A stretch of DNA of 40,557 bases, from the NCBI GenBank assembly GCA_002698365.1, contig NZWM01000050.1, positions 1-40,557 on the forward strand. The letters run 5' to 3'. The stretch comes from Flavobacteriales bacterium. Lineage in GTDB: Bacteria > Bacteroidota > Bacteroidia > Flavobacteriales > TMED113. The translations under genes and the position numbers were made by a program. Below are positions 26,635 through 35,482 of this stretch, one piece after another (the stretch's first letter is position 1; each line of letters opens with the position of its first letter). The notes beneath the pieces were generated by a model. The model was not told the DNA's origin and searched no databases. It was given only the letters and a program-made list of their open reading frames with translations.

Positions 26635-27371
26635 AATTTTTTGCCTCTTTTATATTTAACACAATTTAATTCATTGCCTAGTGAATCATAGGTACACCAA
26701 TTATCATGTTTCTTGCCATTTAGAAATCCACCTATTTCTTTCACTATACCTGATGGGAAAAAACTAATTTTTTCACCATTCAATTCATTTGAAGAATAAA
26801 TAGATTTTGATTTAATTTCACCTGTTTTATAAAATGCATAAGCTGTATCAACAATTAAACCATGGTTATACATATATTGTATACTTAACTGTTCATTATC
26901 AAAATACCATTGAGCTAAACCATGTTTTTGATTAGTAAGATAATTAACTGATTCTTGTTTTTTACCATTTCGATAATATTTCACAAACAAACCATGTCTA
27001 TCACCTAAAACATATGAAGATTCTAAACTAATCCTACCATTATCATGATAATACTTTTGTATTCCGTGATATCCACCATCCTTAAAGAACTCTTGTTCAA
27101 TTAATTTACCCCTTTTATTTATAGCCACCCTAACTCCATCAAGTTTTCCATTTCTATAATTTAAAAGTTCTCTTACTTGGCCATTTTCATGATATTTTAC
27201 CCAAAGTCCATGTTCTTGATTATCGAGAAAAAATCCTTCTTCCGAAACAATACTATCATTGCTATATGGAAAATATAATTTCCAATACCCCTGTTTATTA
27301 TCATTCGCATCAATAAGATTATTTTGAGAAAATAAAAATAATGGAAAAAGAAAGAAACAAACAATTCTCAT
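26631..27371 (-). CDS. MORN-variant repeat protein (YwqK-like)
   Basis: Signal peptide followed by at least 7 repeats of the G.W..Y..NG....E..Y.NGK..G type. Confidence 0.75.
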   Translation of the reverse strand: MRIVCFFLFPLFLFSQNNLIDANDNKQGYWKLYFPYSNDSIVSEEGFFLDNQEHGLWVKYHENGQVRELLNYRNGKLDGVRVAINKRGKLIEQEFFKDGGYHGIQKYYHDNGRISLESSYVLGDRHGLFVKYYRNGKKQESVNYLTNQKHGLAQWYFDNEQLSIQYMYNHGLIVDTAYAFYKTGEIKSKSIYSSNELNGEKISFFPSGIVKEIGGFLNGKKHDNWCTYDSLGNELNCVKYKRGKKL

Positions 27372-27373
27372 AA

Positions 27374-30300
27374 CTAATATATTATTGATTGATAAATTAA
27401 ATCTTGTATTTCGGTTCTAATATTTTGATCTAACAACTTTGTGTTTTTACCATCTGGAAAAGATCGGGCATTTGACAAAAATATATACACAATGTCTTCT
27501 GATGGATCAGCCCAAGCCAATGTACCTGTCCATCCAGAATGACCATAGCTTTCAAGTGATATAGAATCACATGTTGGACCATTTTCATCAGGATCAATAC
27601 TAGGCTTATCAAACACAATACCCCTCCTATTTTCATTAGTATAAAATGGAGCAGAAGTAAATCTAGAAATATTTTTCTCTGAAAGAATCTGACGATCTAC
27701 ATATCGACCGTTATTTAAGTATAATTGCATTAACTTCATCATATCAATGGCATTTGAAAATAAACCTGCATGTAATGCAACTCCACCAAACAATGCGGCT
27801 CCCTGATCATGTACATAACCCTTAATAAGTTGATTCCGAAAATAGTTATCATTTTCTGTAGCCACAATTAAAGAGGGGTGAAAATATTGTAACGGGTTGT
27901 ATATTAATCTTAATGCTTCTATATTCTTATAAAATTTAACACGAACATACTCATCAATAGATAATGGCTTGATTTTATCTTCAACTATGGGCTGCAGTAA
28001 ATAAAAACCTAAGTCACTATATTTATATTCTTTTTTTTCTAACAATTCTGACTCCAATATTTGTTGAAAAATCTTGTTTCTATAATCTGTTTTCAAATAC
28101 AAACCTTGAGCAACCAACCATTGATAATTCAATGAGTATCGTTTACTATAAAGGGAATCAATTAATATTTTATTTTCATCTAGCGTATATTTATAAAAAG
28201 GAATCCAGGGAAACAATTGAGCTTGATGAGTCAAAATATCGATTATTTTTAAATTACCTTTATCACTCTGTTTATAATCTTTAATTTCACCTAAAAAACT
28301 ATAATTATAGCGCTTAAGCTTTTTATTTAAATTAATAGATTTCTGGTCAACTAAATCTATAAAAATAGGAGCTGCAGCTGCAATTTTAGTGATTGATGCA
28401 ATATCGTAAAGATGATCGTCATTTACTGGAAATTTAGCATCATAAGTATGAAAACCAAAAGATTTATTATAAAACACTTTACCATGTCTGGCTATTACAA
28501 TTTGGCAACCTGGCATAACCTTTTGTGAAATTGCATTATGAACAAGTGAATCAATTCGCTTAAGTGAATCCGCACTAACACCTACTTCAATAGGTAAAAC
28601 AAAAGATAAATCTCTGATCTTATCTGTATTTAAACCCGATCCACTTGCAAAAGCATCCAAAGATAATGGCAGCCTACCCTTAGCTGACATAGAACCAAAA
28701 ATTAATTGTGCTGTCACATCTTGAAAAGCAAAAGAATTTTGATATGACACTATCAAACCATCCAGATTATTTAATGGAATATCATTCACTAACCTCGGAT
28801 GACCAAAAACACTTAAAATAACATTGTTTCTTGTAGATATTTTCTCAATAAACATCATATCCTGTTTAGAAAGGCGATGTTTTTCCCAAAAGTTATTATC
28901 AGGATAATGCAATCCAACAATAACAACATCATAATCTAATAATGAAGTTAAATTTACGGGAGGATTCTTGTCAAAAGGATTAGGCGTTTCCTTAATCAAT
29001 TGGTTTAAATCAGAATCGTATATATATTTTGAAATTGGAACATAGTTATTTAATCTTTTATAAAAAACATCGCTATTTGAATATGTTTTTCCAGCAGAAT
29101 CATTCTTACGTCTACTATCAGGCCCCATAAGTATACATGCTATTTTATTTGTCATGTTCTTATTCTGCACACTAGACATCACCTGATCATGAGAGATAGG
29201 AATAATACTATTCTGATTTTTTAAAACAGTGACAGCATGTTTAGATAAATCGCGATTTAATTGACTGGATGACTCAGAAATAAAATCAAATCTCTGATTA
29301 GATTTCATTTTACAATCAAATAAACCAACCCACTTTTTTATCATTAAAATTTGCTTACAACTATGATCTAATTGTTCTTGTAAATTATGATCATTCAGAA
29401 CCTTTGATTTAATTAATTCAATAGCTGCTCCGATATCATTTGGATACAGTAAAATGTCATTGCCTGCTAAAAATGCTTTCAACTCTCTTTCTCCTGCTTG
29501 ATTATAACCCGAAAGAGCATTCATGTTTAAAGCATCACTAACTACAAGACCTTGAAATTGCATGTCTTTTTTCAGAATATCTGAAATAAGTGTTCGAGAA
29601 AAAGAAGATGGAATACCTAATGTATCTATTTCCGGTAAATTCATATGAGCAATCATAACAGATCCAAGACCATTATTAATCAATTGAGAAAATGGAAATA
29701 ACTCTAAACTATCTAATCGAGCTCTATCATGCGTTAAGATAGGTAAACTATAATGAGAATCAGTGTCAGTATCTCCATGACCTGGAAAATGTTTAGCACA
29801 GGCCAATATATTATTATCTTGTAAGGCACTCATATAAGCTAAAGCTTTATTTGCTACTAATTGCTTGTCAGAACCAAAAGAACGCCTGTCAATAATTGGA
29901 TTTTTAGGATTATTATTAATATCTACAACAGGAGCAAAATTAATATGCAACCCTAATTCTTTAAATTCAGAAGCAACCATCTTTCCAAATTGATAAATAA
30001 GATTATCATCCAAACAAGCCCCTAAACTCATCATCCATGGGTATTTTTGCACACTATCTAACCTCATCGAAACCCCCCACTCTGCATCCATTCCAGCAAG
30101 CAATGGTAAATCAGATAAATTATTATACCGCTTTAATAATTTTTTTAATTCATTTGGACCAGATTGAAAAAATATCACTCCTCCTATATCATAATTTACA
30201 ATCAAACTATCCACTAACTGATAGTGAGATTCATCCAAATTCTTTCCATTAGCATGAACCATAAATAACTGTGCTATTTTTTGATCTATTGAAAGTTTAC

Positions 30301-30418
30301 CTAATAAACTATCTGCCCAATTAGAAATTTCAAGCGTTTGATAAGGGATTTTAGAATTGTCATTTGCAGAAGTAAATTGAAACAAAAAAAGAAAACAAAA
30401 AGAAACAAAGTATTTCAC
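27374..30418 (-). CDS. Fusion protein: GH3 beta-N-acetylglucosaminidase (NagZ-like) N-terminal domain plus serine beta-lactamase/PBP4*-like C-terminal domain
   Basis: GH3 motifs (KHFPGHGDTDTDSH, VVSDAL). The C-terminal half has an SxxK motif (ASITKIAAA) and a class-C-like fold pattern. Signal peptide present. Length is 1014 aa. Confidence 0.8.
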   Translation of the reverse strand: MKYFVSFCFLFLFQFTSANDNSKIPYQTLEISNWADSLLGKLSIDQKIAQLFMVHANGKNLDESHYQLVDSLIVNYDIGGVIFFQSGPNELKKLLKRYNNLSDLPLLAGMDAEWGVSMRLDSVQKYPWMMSLGACLDDNLIYQFGKMVASEFKELGLHINFAPVVDINNNPKNPIIDRRSFGSDKQLVANKALAYMSALQDNNILACAKHFPGHGDTDTDSHYSLPILTHDRARLDSLELFPFSQLINNGLGSVMIAHMNLPEIDTLGIPSSFSRTLISDILKKDMQFQGLVVSDALNMNALSGYNQAGERELKAFLAGNDILLYPNDIGAAIELIKSKVLNDHNLQEQLDHSCKQILMIKKWVGLFDCKMKSNQRFDFISESSSQLNRDLSKHAVTVLKNQNSIIPISHDQVMSSVQNKNMTNKIACILMGPDSRRKNDSAGKTYSNSDVFYKRLNNYVPISKYIYDSDLNQLIKETPNPFDKNPPVNLTSLLDYDVVIVGLHYPDNNFWEKHRLSKQDMMFIEKISTRNNVILSVFGHPRLVNDIPLNNLDGLIVSYQNSFAFQDVTAQLIFGSMSAKGRLPLSLDAFASGSGLNTDKIRDLSFVLPIEVGVSADSLKRIDSLVHNAISQKVMPGCQIVIARHGKVFYNKSFGFHTYDAKFPVNDDHLYDIASITKIAAAAPIFIDLVDQKSINLNKKLKRYNYSFLGEIKDYKQSDKGNLKIIDILTHQAQLFPWIPFYKYTLDENKILIDSLYSKRYSLNYQWLVAQGLYLKTDYRNKIFQQILESELLEKKEYKYSDLGFYLLQPIVEDKIKPLSIDEYVRVKFYKNIEALRLIYNPLQYFHPSLIVATENDNYFRNQLIKGYVHDQGAALFGGVALHAGLFSNAIDMMKLMQLYLNNGRYVDRQILSEKNISRFTSAPFYTNENRRGIVFDKPSIDPDENGPTCDSISLESYGHSGWTGTLAWADPSEDIVYIFLSNARSFPDGKNTKLLDQNIRTEIQDLIYQSIIY

Positions 30419-30482
30419 AACAGGATTAAAGTATAAATATATCTTGTGAAATTATTAATAAAAAAAAATAACACAAAAAAAG

Positions 30483-30905
30483 CTAGCTAAATTTATTATA
30501 AAAATCCATAGGCAAAGTAGTGATTTTTTTATCCTTATGGCTGTAGCAAACTAATCCTGTTTTAACTCTAGCAACTTCTAAATTAGAATTCACATCCTTG
30601 ATTAAATACAAAAGCTCGAAACCATAGTTATATAATTCTGAAACTGAGATCTGAATAATTAAATTATCTCCATAAAATGCTTCTTTTTTATAGACTACAG
30701 CACTATCTGCCATTAAAAGAGATACGCCATAAAAATTTCTTTCTTCTAAAGCTAGAGATTGTAGAAATTGAACACGGGCCTCATGAGCAATGGTTAATAC
30801 TGAATCATTGCCCATATGACCTCCATAATTCATATCTCCCACCCTTAAAGTTAAATGCATTTCAAAATCAATCCTACTAGGCAATGGCAGTTTTATTCTA
30901 GGCAT
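30483..30905 (-). CDS. Hot-dog fold acyl-CoA thioesterase (4HBT/YbgC-like)
   Basis: A 140-aa ORF whose N-terminal ...VRVGDMNYGGHMGNDSVL... resembles the 4HBT active-site region. Confidence 0.65.
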   Translation of the reverse strand: MPRIKLPLPSRIDFEMHLTLRVGDMNYGGHMGNDSVLTIAHEARVQFLQSLALEERNFYGVSLLMADSAVVYKKEAFYGDNLIIQISVSELYNYGFELLYLIKDVNSNLEVARVKTGLVCYSHKDKKITTLPMDFYNKFS

Positions 30906-30948
30906 ATGAGTCTATTTAAAGTTCTTAATTTAATATATTTACTGAGAA

Positions 30949-31530
30949 ATGAAAAACATAATTTTAATATTTATACTACTGATTAGTTCTAGTAGTCAAT
31001 TAAAAACTCAATCCGTTGCAATAGATGATATAAAAAGTAGTACGCTACTTATAAGATTGGCTACGAATGAACATTTAATTAATCACCATATAAATAACGG
31101 AGATTTCCAAAAAGCTGAATCAATCCGAATAAATCAAAAAATAGAAAATCAACAAATTATTTCAGCTTTTCAACAATCCTGGTCATCTTGTAAAGTCTAT
31201 TTTTTTTATAGCCACCACACAAATCAAATAAAAAACAAACAATTAGATTATGTATTTAAGGATATTAATGAAACTCAATTAAATGATTTAGAAAAAAAAG
31301 AATTAGTAAGCCATCGAAACAAACTTCAATTAATCATTGGATATTTTGGACAAACAAGGGGAGCATTAAAATTTAATGCATTAGTTTTAATGAACCATCA
31401 ATTCAAACAATTTGAACGACCTATGCCAAAACATGTAAGAACATATAAAGGCTTATGGTTTTTAAAAAGAACACCCAAAAAAGTTGTGGAAATTTTAGAA
31501 AAAAAAATAATTTGGCATTATTCAAAATAG
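30949..31530 (+). CDS. Hypothetical secreted protein
   Basis: A 193-aa ORF with a signal peptide (IILIFILLISSSSQLKTQS). No motif recognised. Confidence 0.55.
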   Translation: MKNIILIFILLISSSSQLKTQSVAIDDIKSSTLLIRLATNEHLINHHINNGDFQKAESIRINQKIENQQIISAFQQSWSSCKVYFFYSHHTNQIKNKQLDYVFKDINETQLNDLEKKELVSHRNKLQLIIGYFGQTRGALKFNALVLMNHQFKQFERPMPKHVRTYKGLWFLKRTPKKVVEILEKKIIWHYSK

Positions 31531-32105
31531 CGGGGAAACCTTTTCTGAAAAACATTTAATATTTTAGGACATATCCAAGCATCAATTGCTGCATATTTTT
31601 TTTGAGCTTCTGTTAATTGATGACTAGACCAATCAGATAATCGTTGTTTTTTACTAACTCTAAAACCTAATAACATGATGGATAATTTCACAGCACCAAT
31701 ACTTTTAAATCCACACTTTAATGCTACAGAATTTAAATCTATAAAATTATATGGTTCAAATGATTTAATTTTCTTTAAACCAGAAATATCATTTTTAATA
31801 TCAATGCCAACTTTCGTAATATCAGGACTTGATAATAAATCTTCTATTTCCTGCATAAATCCTACTTTATCAATCCGAAATAAAAACACTGAATCCTTAA
31901 CTGAAAGCTGAAGTAAAGAAATATTATAACTCACTCCTTTTTGAAAAGCAGGTTTTGTTTCTGTGTCAAAACCAACTACGTCTGCTTTTGATATGATTTT
32001 ACAATATTTTATAACATCTTTTTTGGTTTCAATAAGATTAATTTCACCATCAAACATAATGATTGGATATTTAGAGACTTCCTCCTTGTGAATATAATAA
32101 TCCAT
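31518..32105 (-). CDS. 3'-5' exonuclease (DEDDy, RNase D / WRN-exonuclease-like domain)
   Basis: ExoI (GFDTE), ExoII (KVGIDIKNDISGL) and ExoIII (YAAIDAW) motifs. Confidence 0.8.
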   Translation of the reverse strand: MDYYIHKEEVSKYPIIMFDGEINLIETKKDVIKYCKIISKADVVGFDTETKPAFQKGVSYNISLLQLSVKDSVFLFRIDKVGFMQEIEDLLSSPDITKVGIDIKNDISGLKKIKSFEPYNFIDLNSVALKCGFKSIGAVKLSIMLLGFRVSKKQRLSDWSSHQLTEAQKKYAAIDAWICPKILNVFQKRFPRYFE

Positions 32106-32114
32106 CTTGAAAAG

Positions 32115-32900
32115 CTATAATTTAATTTTTCCATTTTTATTTGAATAAAAAAATCCTGTACCAACTTGCGAAGATTCTTTATCCAATTTAAACGGTGCCC
32201 AAACAGGGACTAAATCCATAATATCTGTGCGTAAACAATACTTAACATCTTCATCTAAATCCATTCTTGTTCTATATGCAGAATCTGCTAAAAACTGAAA
32301 TAAGTTAGATTTTGCGAGATCAAACATGTTTCTTGACAAAATTACAGAGTCTGAATCAGAATAAAACTGCTTGTTTAATAATAATTTGTCTGACAAAAAT
32401 CCTGCCAACAATATATCTTCCATACACAAACGACCCTTCCAGCCAGAACAAACAATTAAAACATCATTGCTGCAACTAGAAATATAATCTACAATAGAAC
32501 TTGCGTTAAGAAATGAAGCTAATAACATCCCATGGCCAGCCATTTTCGCTTTATTAATAGCCAAAGTTCCATTTGTGGTGGTAATAGCTAGTGAAACATT
32601 CCGAAAATCTTTATTTTGATATGACAATGGAGAATTACCAAAATCAAATCCCGGAACGATAGCACCATCTCTTTCAGCAGCAACTAGATATTTTTTTTCA
32701 TATACACAATTAATATTATTTTTATATTGCATGGCATCTTCAATATTAGCCACAGGAATTACACGTTCACCACCATTATGTAAAAAAACACACATCGCAG
32801 AAGTAGCTCTAAATACATCTATAACAACAACTTGCTTATTAGACAAATCAAACAAATCAATAATAGATGGAGTAAGACAAATATCTATTTTATTTTTCAT
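32115..32900 (-). CDS. 2-phosphosulfolactate phosphatase family protein (ComB-like)
   Basis: VVVIDVFRATSA... and ...AAERDG..., ...GFDFGNSP... are typical of the ComB family. The start overlaps gcvT by 11 nt. Confidence 0.75.
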   Translation of the reverse strand: MKNKIDICLTPSIIDLFDLSNKQVVVIDVFRATSAMCVFLHNGGERVIPVANIEDAMQYKNNINCVYEKKYLVAAERDGAIVPGFDFGNSPLSYQNKDFRNVSLAITTTNGTLAINKAKMAGHGMLLASFLNASSIVDYISSCSNDVLIVCSGWKGRLCMEDILLAGFLSDKLLLNKQFYSDSDSVILSRNMFDLAKSNLFQFLADSAYRTRMDLDEDVKYCLRTDIMDLVPVWAPFKLDKESSQVGTGFFYSNKNGKIKL

Positions 32901-33969
32901 AGAATGGCCGTTTTACAATTGTTGCTTTTATCTTCTTACCTCGAATACCAATAAAAATAGAATTACCAATATGAGAGTCTGACCGCATAACATACCCCAT
33001 CCCTAATCCTTTTTTAATTGAAGGTGACATTGTGCCAGAAGTCACAATACCAATCTTGACATTTTTACTATTGTAAATTTCGTAATCTTTTCTAGGAACA
33101 CCTTTTTCTTCTAAACAAAAACCAATTAAACATTTGTTTACGCCTTTTTCTATTTGTTGAGTTAAGCTATCTTGGCCCAAGAAATTCTTATTCATTTTGA
33201 CAATCCATGACAAGCCAGCCTCTAAGGGCGTAATTTCATCAGATAACTCATTCCCATACAAACAATATCCCATTTCTAATCTTAATGTATCTCTAGCCGC
33301 TAAACCAATAGGTTCAACAAATTCATTTGTAGAAAATAGTGCATTCCAAATAATTGCCGCAAATTCTTTTTTAAAATATAATTCAAATCCACCTGAACCA
33401 GTATAACCTGTGTTAGAAAAAATAACATCTTCACAACCAGCAAATTGACCTACTTGAAAAGTATAATATGGTAGGTTTTGTAAATTAATATCTGTGAAAC
33501 GCTGAAGCAAGCGAGAAGAGATTGGTCCTTGCACTGCTAATAAGCCTCTATCCTGAGTAACATTAATAATTTTAGCATCCATATTATTATGTGCACAAAT
33601 CCAATTAAAATCTTTTTCTGCATTAGCTGCATTAACAACCAACATATAAGAATTAGCCGAAAAACGATAAACTAACAAATCATCAATAACACCACCATTT
33701 TCATTCAACATACATGAATACTGCACTTTACCATCAATTAAATTACCTATATCATTTGTTGTAACGTATTGCACTAAATCAAAAGCTTTTATGCCACTAA
33801 TTAAAATTTGAGCCATATGTGAAACATCAAACACACCAACATGATTTCTCACATGATTATGTTCAAAATTTACACCCTTATACTGTATTGGCATAGTGTA
33901 ACCTGCAAAAGAAACGAGTTTTGCATCAAATTTTTGGTGGAATGCATGAAATGGTGTTTTTCTATCCAA
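32890..33969 (-). CDS. gcvT: Glycine cleavage system aminomethyltransferase (T protein)
   Basis: TPFHAFH...GYTMPIQY...HNHVRNHVGVFDVSHM...GYTGSGGFE...ARDTLRLE. Confidence 0.93.
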   Translation of the reverse strand: MDRKTPFHAFHQKFDAKLVSFAGYTMPIQYKGVNFEHNHVRNHVGVFDVSHMAQILISGIKAFDLVQYVTTNDIGNLIDGKVQYSCMLNENGGVIDDLLVYRFSANSYMLVVNAANAEKDFNWICAHNNMDAKIINVTQDRGLLAVQGPISSRLLQRFTDINLQNLPYYTFQVGQFAGCEDVIFSNTGYTGSGGFELYFKKEFAAIIWNALFSTNEFVEPIGLAARDTLRLEMGYCLYGNELSDEITPLEAGLSWIVKMNKNFLGQDSLTQQIEKGVNKCLIGFCLEEKGVPRKDYEIYNSKNVKIGIVTSGTMSPSIKKGLGMGYVMRSDSHIGNSIFIGIRGKKIKATIVKRPFYEK

Positions 33970-34002
33970 AATAAATTATTAATAGTATTCTAATAATGGT
34001 TG

Positions 34003-34010
34003 CAAATATA
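34003..34010 (-). promoter_or_regulatory. Bacteroidetes-type -7 box (TATATTTG on the minus strand) for gcvT
   Basis: Exact TAnnTTTG match 33 nt upstream of the ATG at 33969. Confidence 0.45.
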
Positions 34011-34066
34011 GTTAACAAAATGATTTATTATACTGTATTATTTAGATAATCGTTTTCATATATGTT

Positions 34067-34074
34067 ATATATTT
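34067..34074 (+). promoter_or_regulatory. Bacteroidetes-type -7 box (TATATTTG) for trxB
   Basis: Exact TAnnTTTG match 48 nt upstream of the ATG at 34123. Confidence 0.45.
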
Positions 34075-34122
34075 GGCGAAATAAAAATAAAAACCTATAA
34101 TAGCTGATTAAAATAAAATAAC

Positions 34123-35058
34123 ATGGAAATTAATCAATGTGTAATTATCGGATCCGGACCGGCTGGATATACTGCTGCTATCTATGCGTCTAGAGCTAAT
34201 TTAAAACCAATCTTAATACAAGGAATGCAACCAGGAGGACAATTAACCACTACAAATGATGTGGAAAATTACCCCGGCTATCCTAATGGAATAACAGGGC
34301 CAGAAATGATGCAAGATTTACAAAAACAAGCAGAAAGATTTGGAACGCAAGTTATATTTGGAACAGTCACAAAAGTAGACTTGTCAAAAAAAAAAGGAGG
34401 TGTTCATAAAATAATTATTGACAATAAAGACCAAATACATACAAAAACTGTTATTATTTCAACAGGTGCATCAGCAAAATATCTTGGACTAGATTCAGAA
34501 AAGAAATATATGGGATCCGGAGTTTCAGCGTGTGCTGTTTGTGATGGATTCTTCTTTAAAAACCAAGATGTTGTCGTGGTTGGCGGTGGAGATTCCGCAG
34601 CAGAGGAAGCAACTTATTTAGCTAATCTATGCAACAAAGTATATTTATTAGTAAGAAAAGATGAGATGCGTGCATCAAAAATAATGCAAAAAAGAGTATT
34701 TGACACAAAAAACTTAGAAGTGCTATTCAATCACGAAACACTTGAAGTAATGGGAGACAAAACGGTAAAAGAAATTAGGGTGATGGATACTAAAAACAAA
34801 CAAGAAAAAATAATAAATGCAACAGGTTTCTTTTTAGCAATTGGACACAATCCAAATACAGAAATATTTAAAGACCAACTAACTATGGATAAAACAGGTT
34901 ATTTAATTACACAGCCTGACCGATCATTAACTAATTTACCTGGCGTATTTGCAAGTGGAGATGCACAAGACTCAATCTATCGACAAGCCATCACAGCAGC
35001 GGGCAGTGGTTGTATGGCGGCATTAGATGCTGAAAAATACTTAGCAGAATTACATTAA
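34123..35058 (+). CDS. trxB: Thioredoxin-disulfide reductase
   Basis: GSGPAGYTAA, redox-active CAVCDG, GGGDSAAEEA, GVFASGD. Confidence 0.95.
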   Translation: MEINQCVIIGSGPAGYTAAIYASRANLKPILIQGMQPGGQLTTTNDVENYPGYPNGITGPEMMQDLQKQAERFGTQVIFGTVTKVDLSKKKGGVHKIIIDNKDQIHTKTVIISTGASAKYLGLDSEKKYMGSGVSACAVCDGFFFKNQDVVVVGGGDSAAEEATYLANLCNKVYLLVRKDEMRASKIMQKRVFDTKNLEVLFNHETLEVMGDKTVKEIRVMDTKNKQEKIINATGFFLAIGHNPNTEIFKDQLTMDKTGYLITQPDRSLTNLPGVFASGDAQDSIYRQAITAAGSGCMAALDAEKYLAELH

Positions 35059-35085
35059 AAAAGGGGAGCAAGCTCCCCTCTTTTT
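35057..35085. terminator. Bidirectional Rho-independent terminator shared by trxB (+) and rnpB (-)
   Basis: A6-AGGGGAGCAAGCTCCCCT-C-T5. It is a GC-rich hairpin with a U-run when read on either strand. Confidence 0.8.
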
Positions 35086-35446
35086 CACATAAATCTATAA
35101 GCCGGATTCTGTATCTTTTTACAAAGACCCTTATCATTTATCTAGTTATATTATCACTAATATAATCAAGCAATCTACCCTCCAAGATTGAGCGAGTAAC
35201 TCTTAGTACATACGTACACCTTGGTATATTTGATTTTTCAATCCATAAGGTTTACCCAAATCTAGTATCACTACTAAACCTAGTGAGCTCTTACCTCACT
35301 TTTTCACCCTTACCATAAATGGCGGTTATTTTCTGTGGCACTCTCTGTATTTATATAATTATAAACCCTTCCCGTTAAGAAGTATGGCACTCTATATTGT
35401 CCGGACTTTCCTCTTTCAATGAAAGCGATAAGGCAATTTATGTATG
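35086..35446 (-). ncRNA. rnpB: RNase P RNA, bacterial type A
   Basis: Minus-strand reading shows four hallmark regions. P3 hairpin plus CR-I: CUUUCAUUGAAAGAGGAAAGUCCGGAC. J11/12-P12 region: GGUAAGGGUGAAAAAGUGAGGUAAGAGCUCACUAG. The 3' P4 strand: ACAGAAUCCGGCUUAU. P1 pairing is ACAUAAAU/AUUUAUGU and P2 pairing is CCUUAUC/GAUAAGG. The region is ORF-free and GC-enriched. The ends are approximate (+/- 5 nt). Confidence 0.92.
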
Positions 35447-35469
35447 TTTTAAAACAAAGAACAAAAATG

Positions 35470-35477
35470 CAAATATA
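35470..35477 (-). promoter_or_regulatory. Possible -7 box (TATATTTG on the minus strand) for rnpB
   Basis: Exact TAnnTTTG match about 24 nt upstream of the predicted mature 5' end of rnpB and 6 nt downstream of the mltG stop. Confidence 0.4.
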
Positions 35478-35482
35478 AGTAA

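Noticed and set aside
26631-27371. The YwqK-like MORN protein as the immunity component of a toxin-immunity (polymorphic toxin) pair.
   Set aside because: No toxin-like gene (LXG, Rhs, nuclease or deaminase) is adjacent. Its neighbours are a GH3/beta-lactamase fusion and bshA. The protein has a signal peptide, which is unlike cytoplasmic immunity proteins.
33970-34122. Possible glycine riboswitch ahead of gcvT, or another leader RNA in the gcvT/trxB divergent spacer.
   Set aside because: The spacer is 153 nt, is shared by two divergent promoters, and is extremely AT-rich. It lacks the conserved GGAGAG...CACCG-type glycine aptamer cores. The gcvT leader after the -7 box is only about 30 nt.
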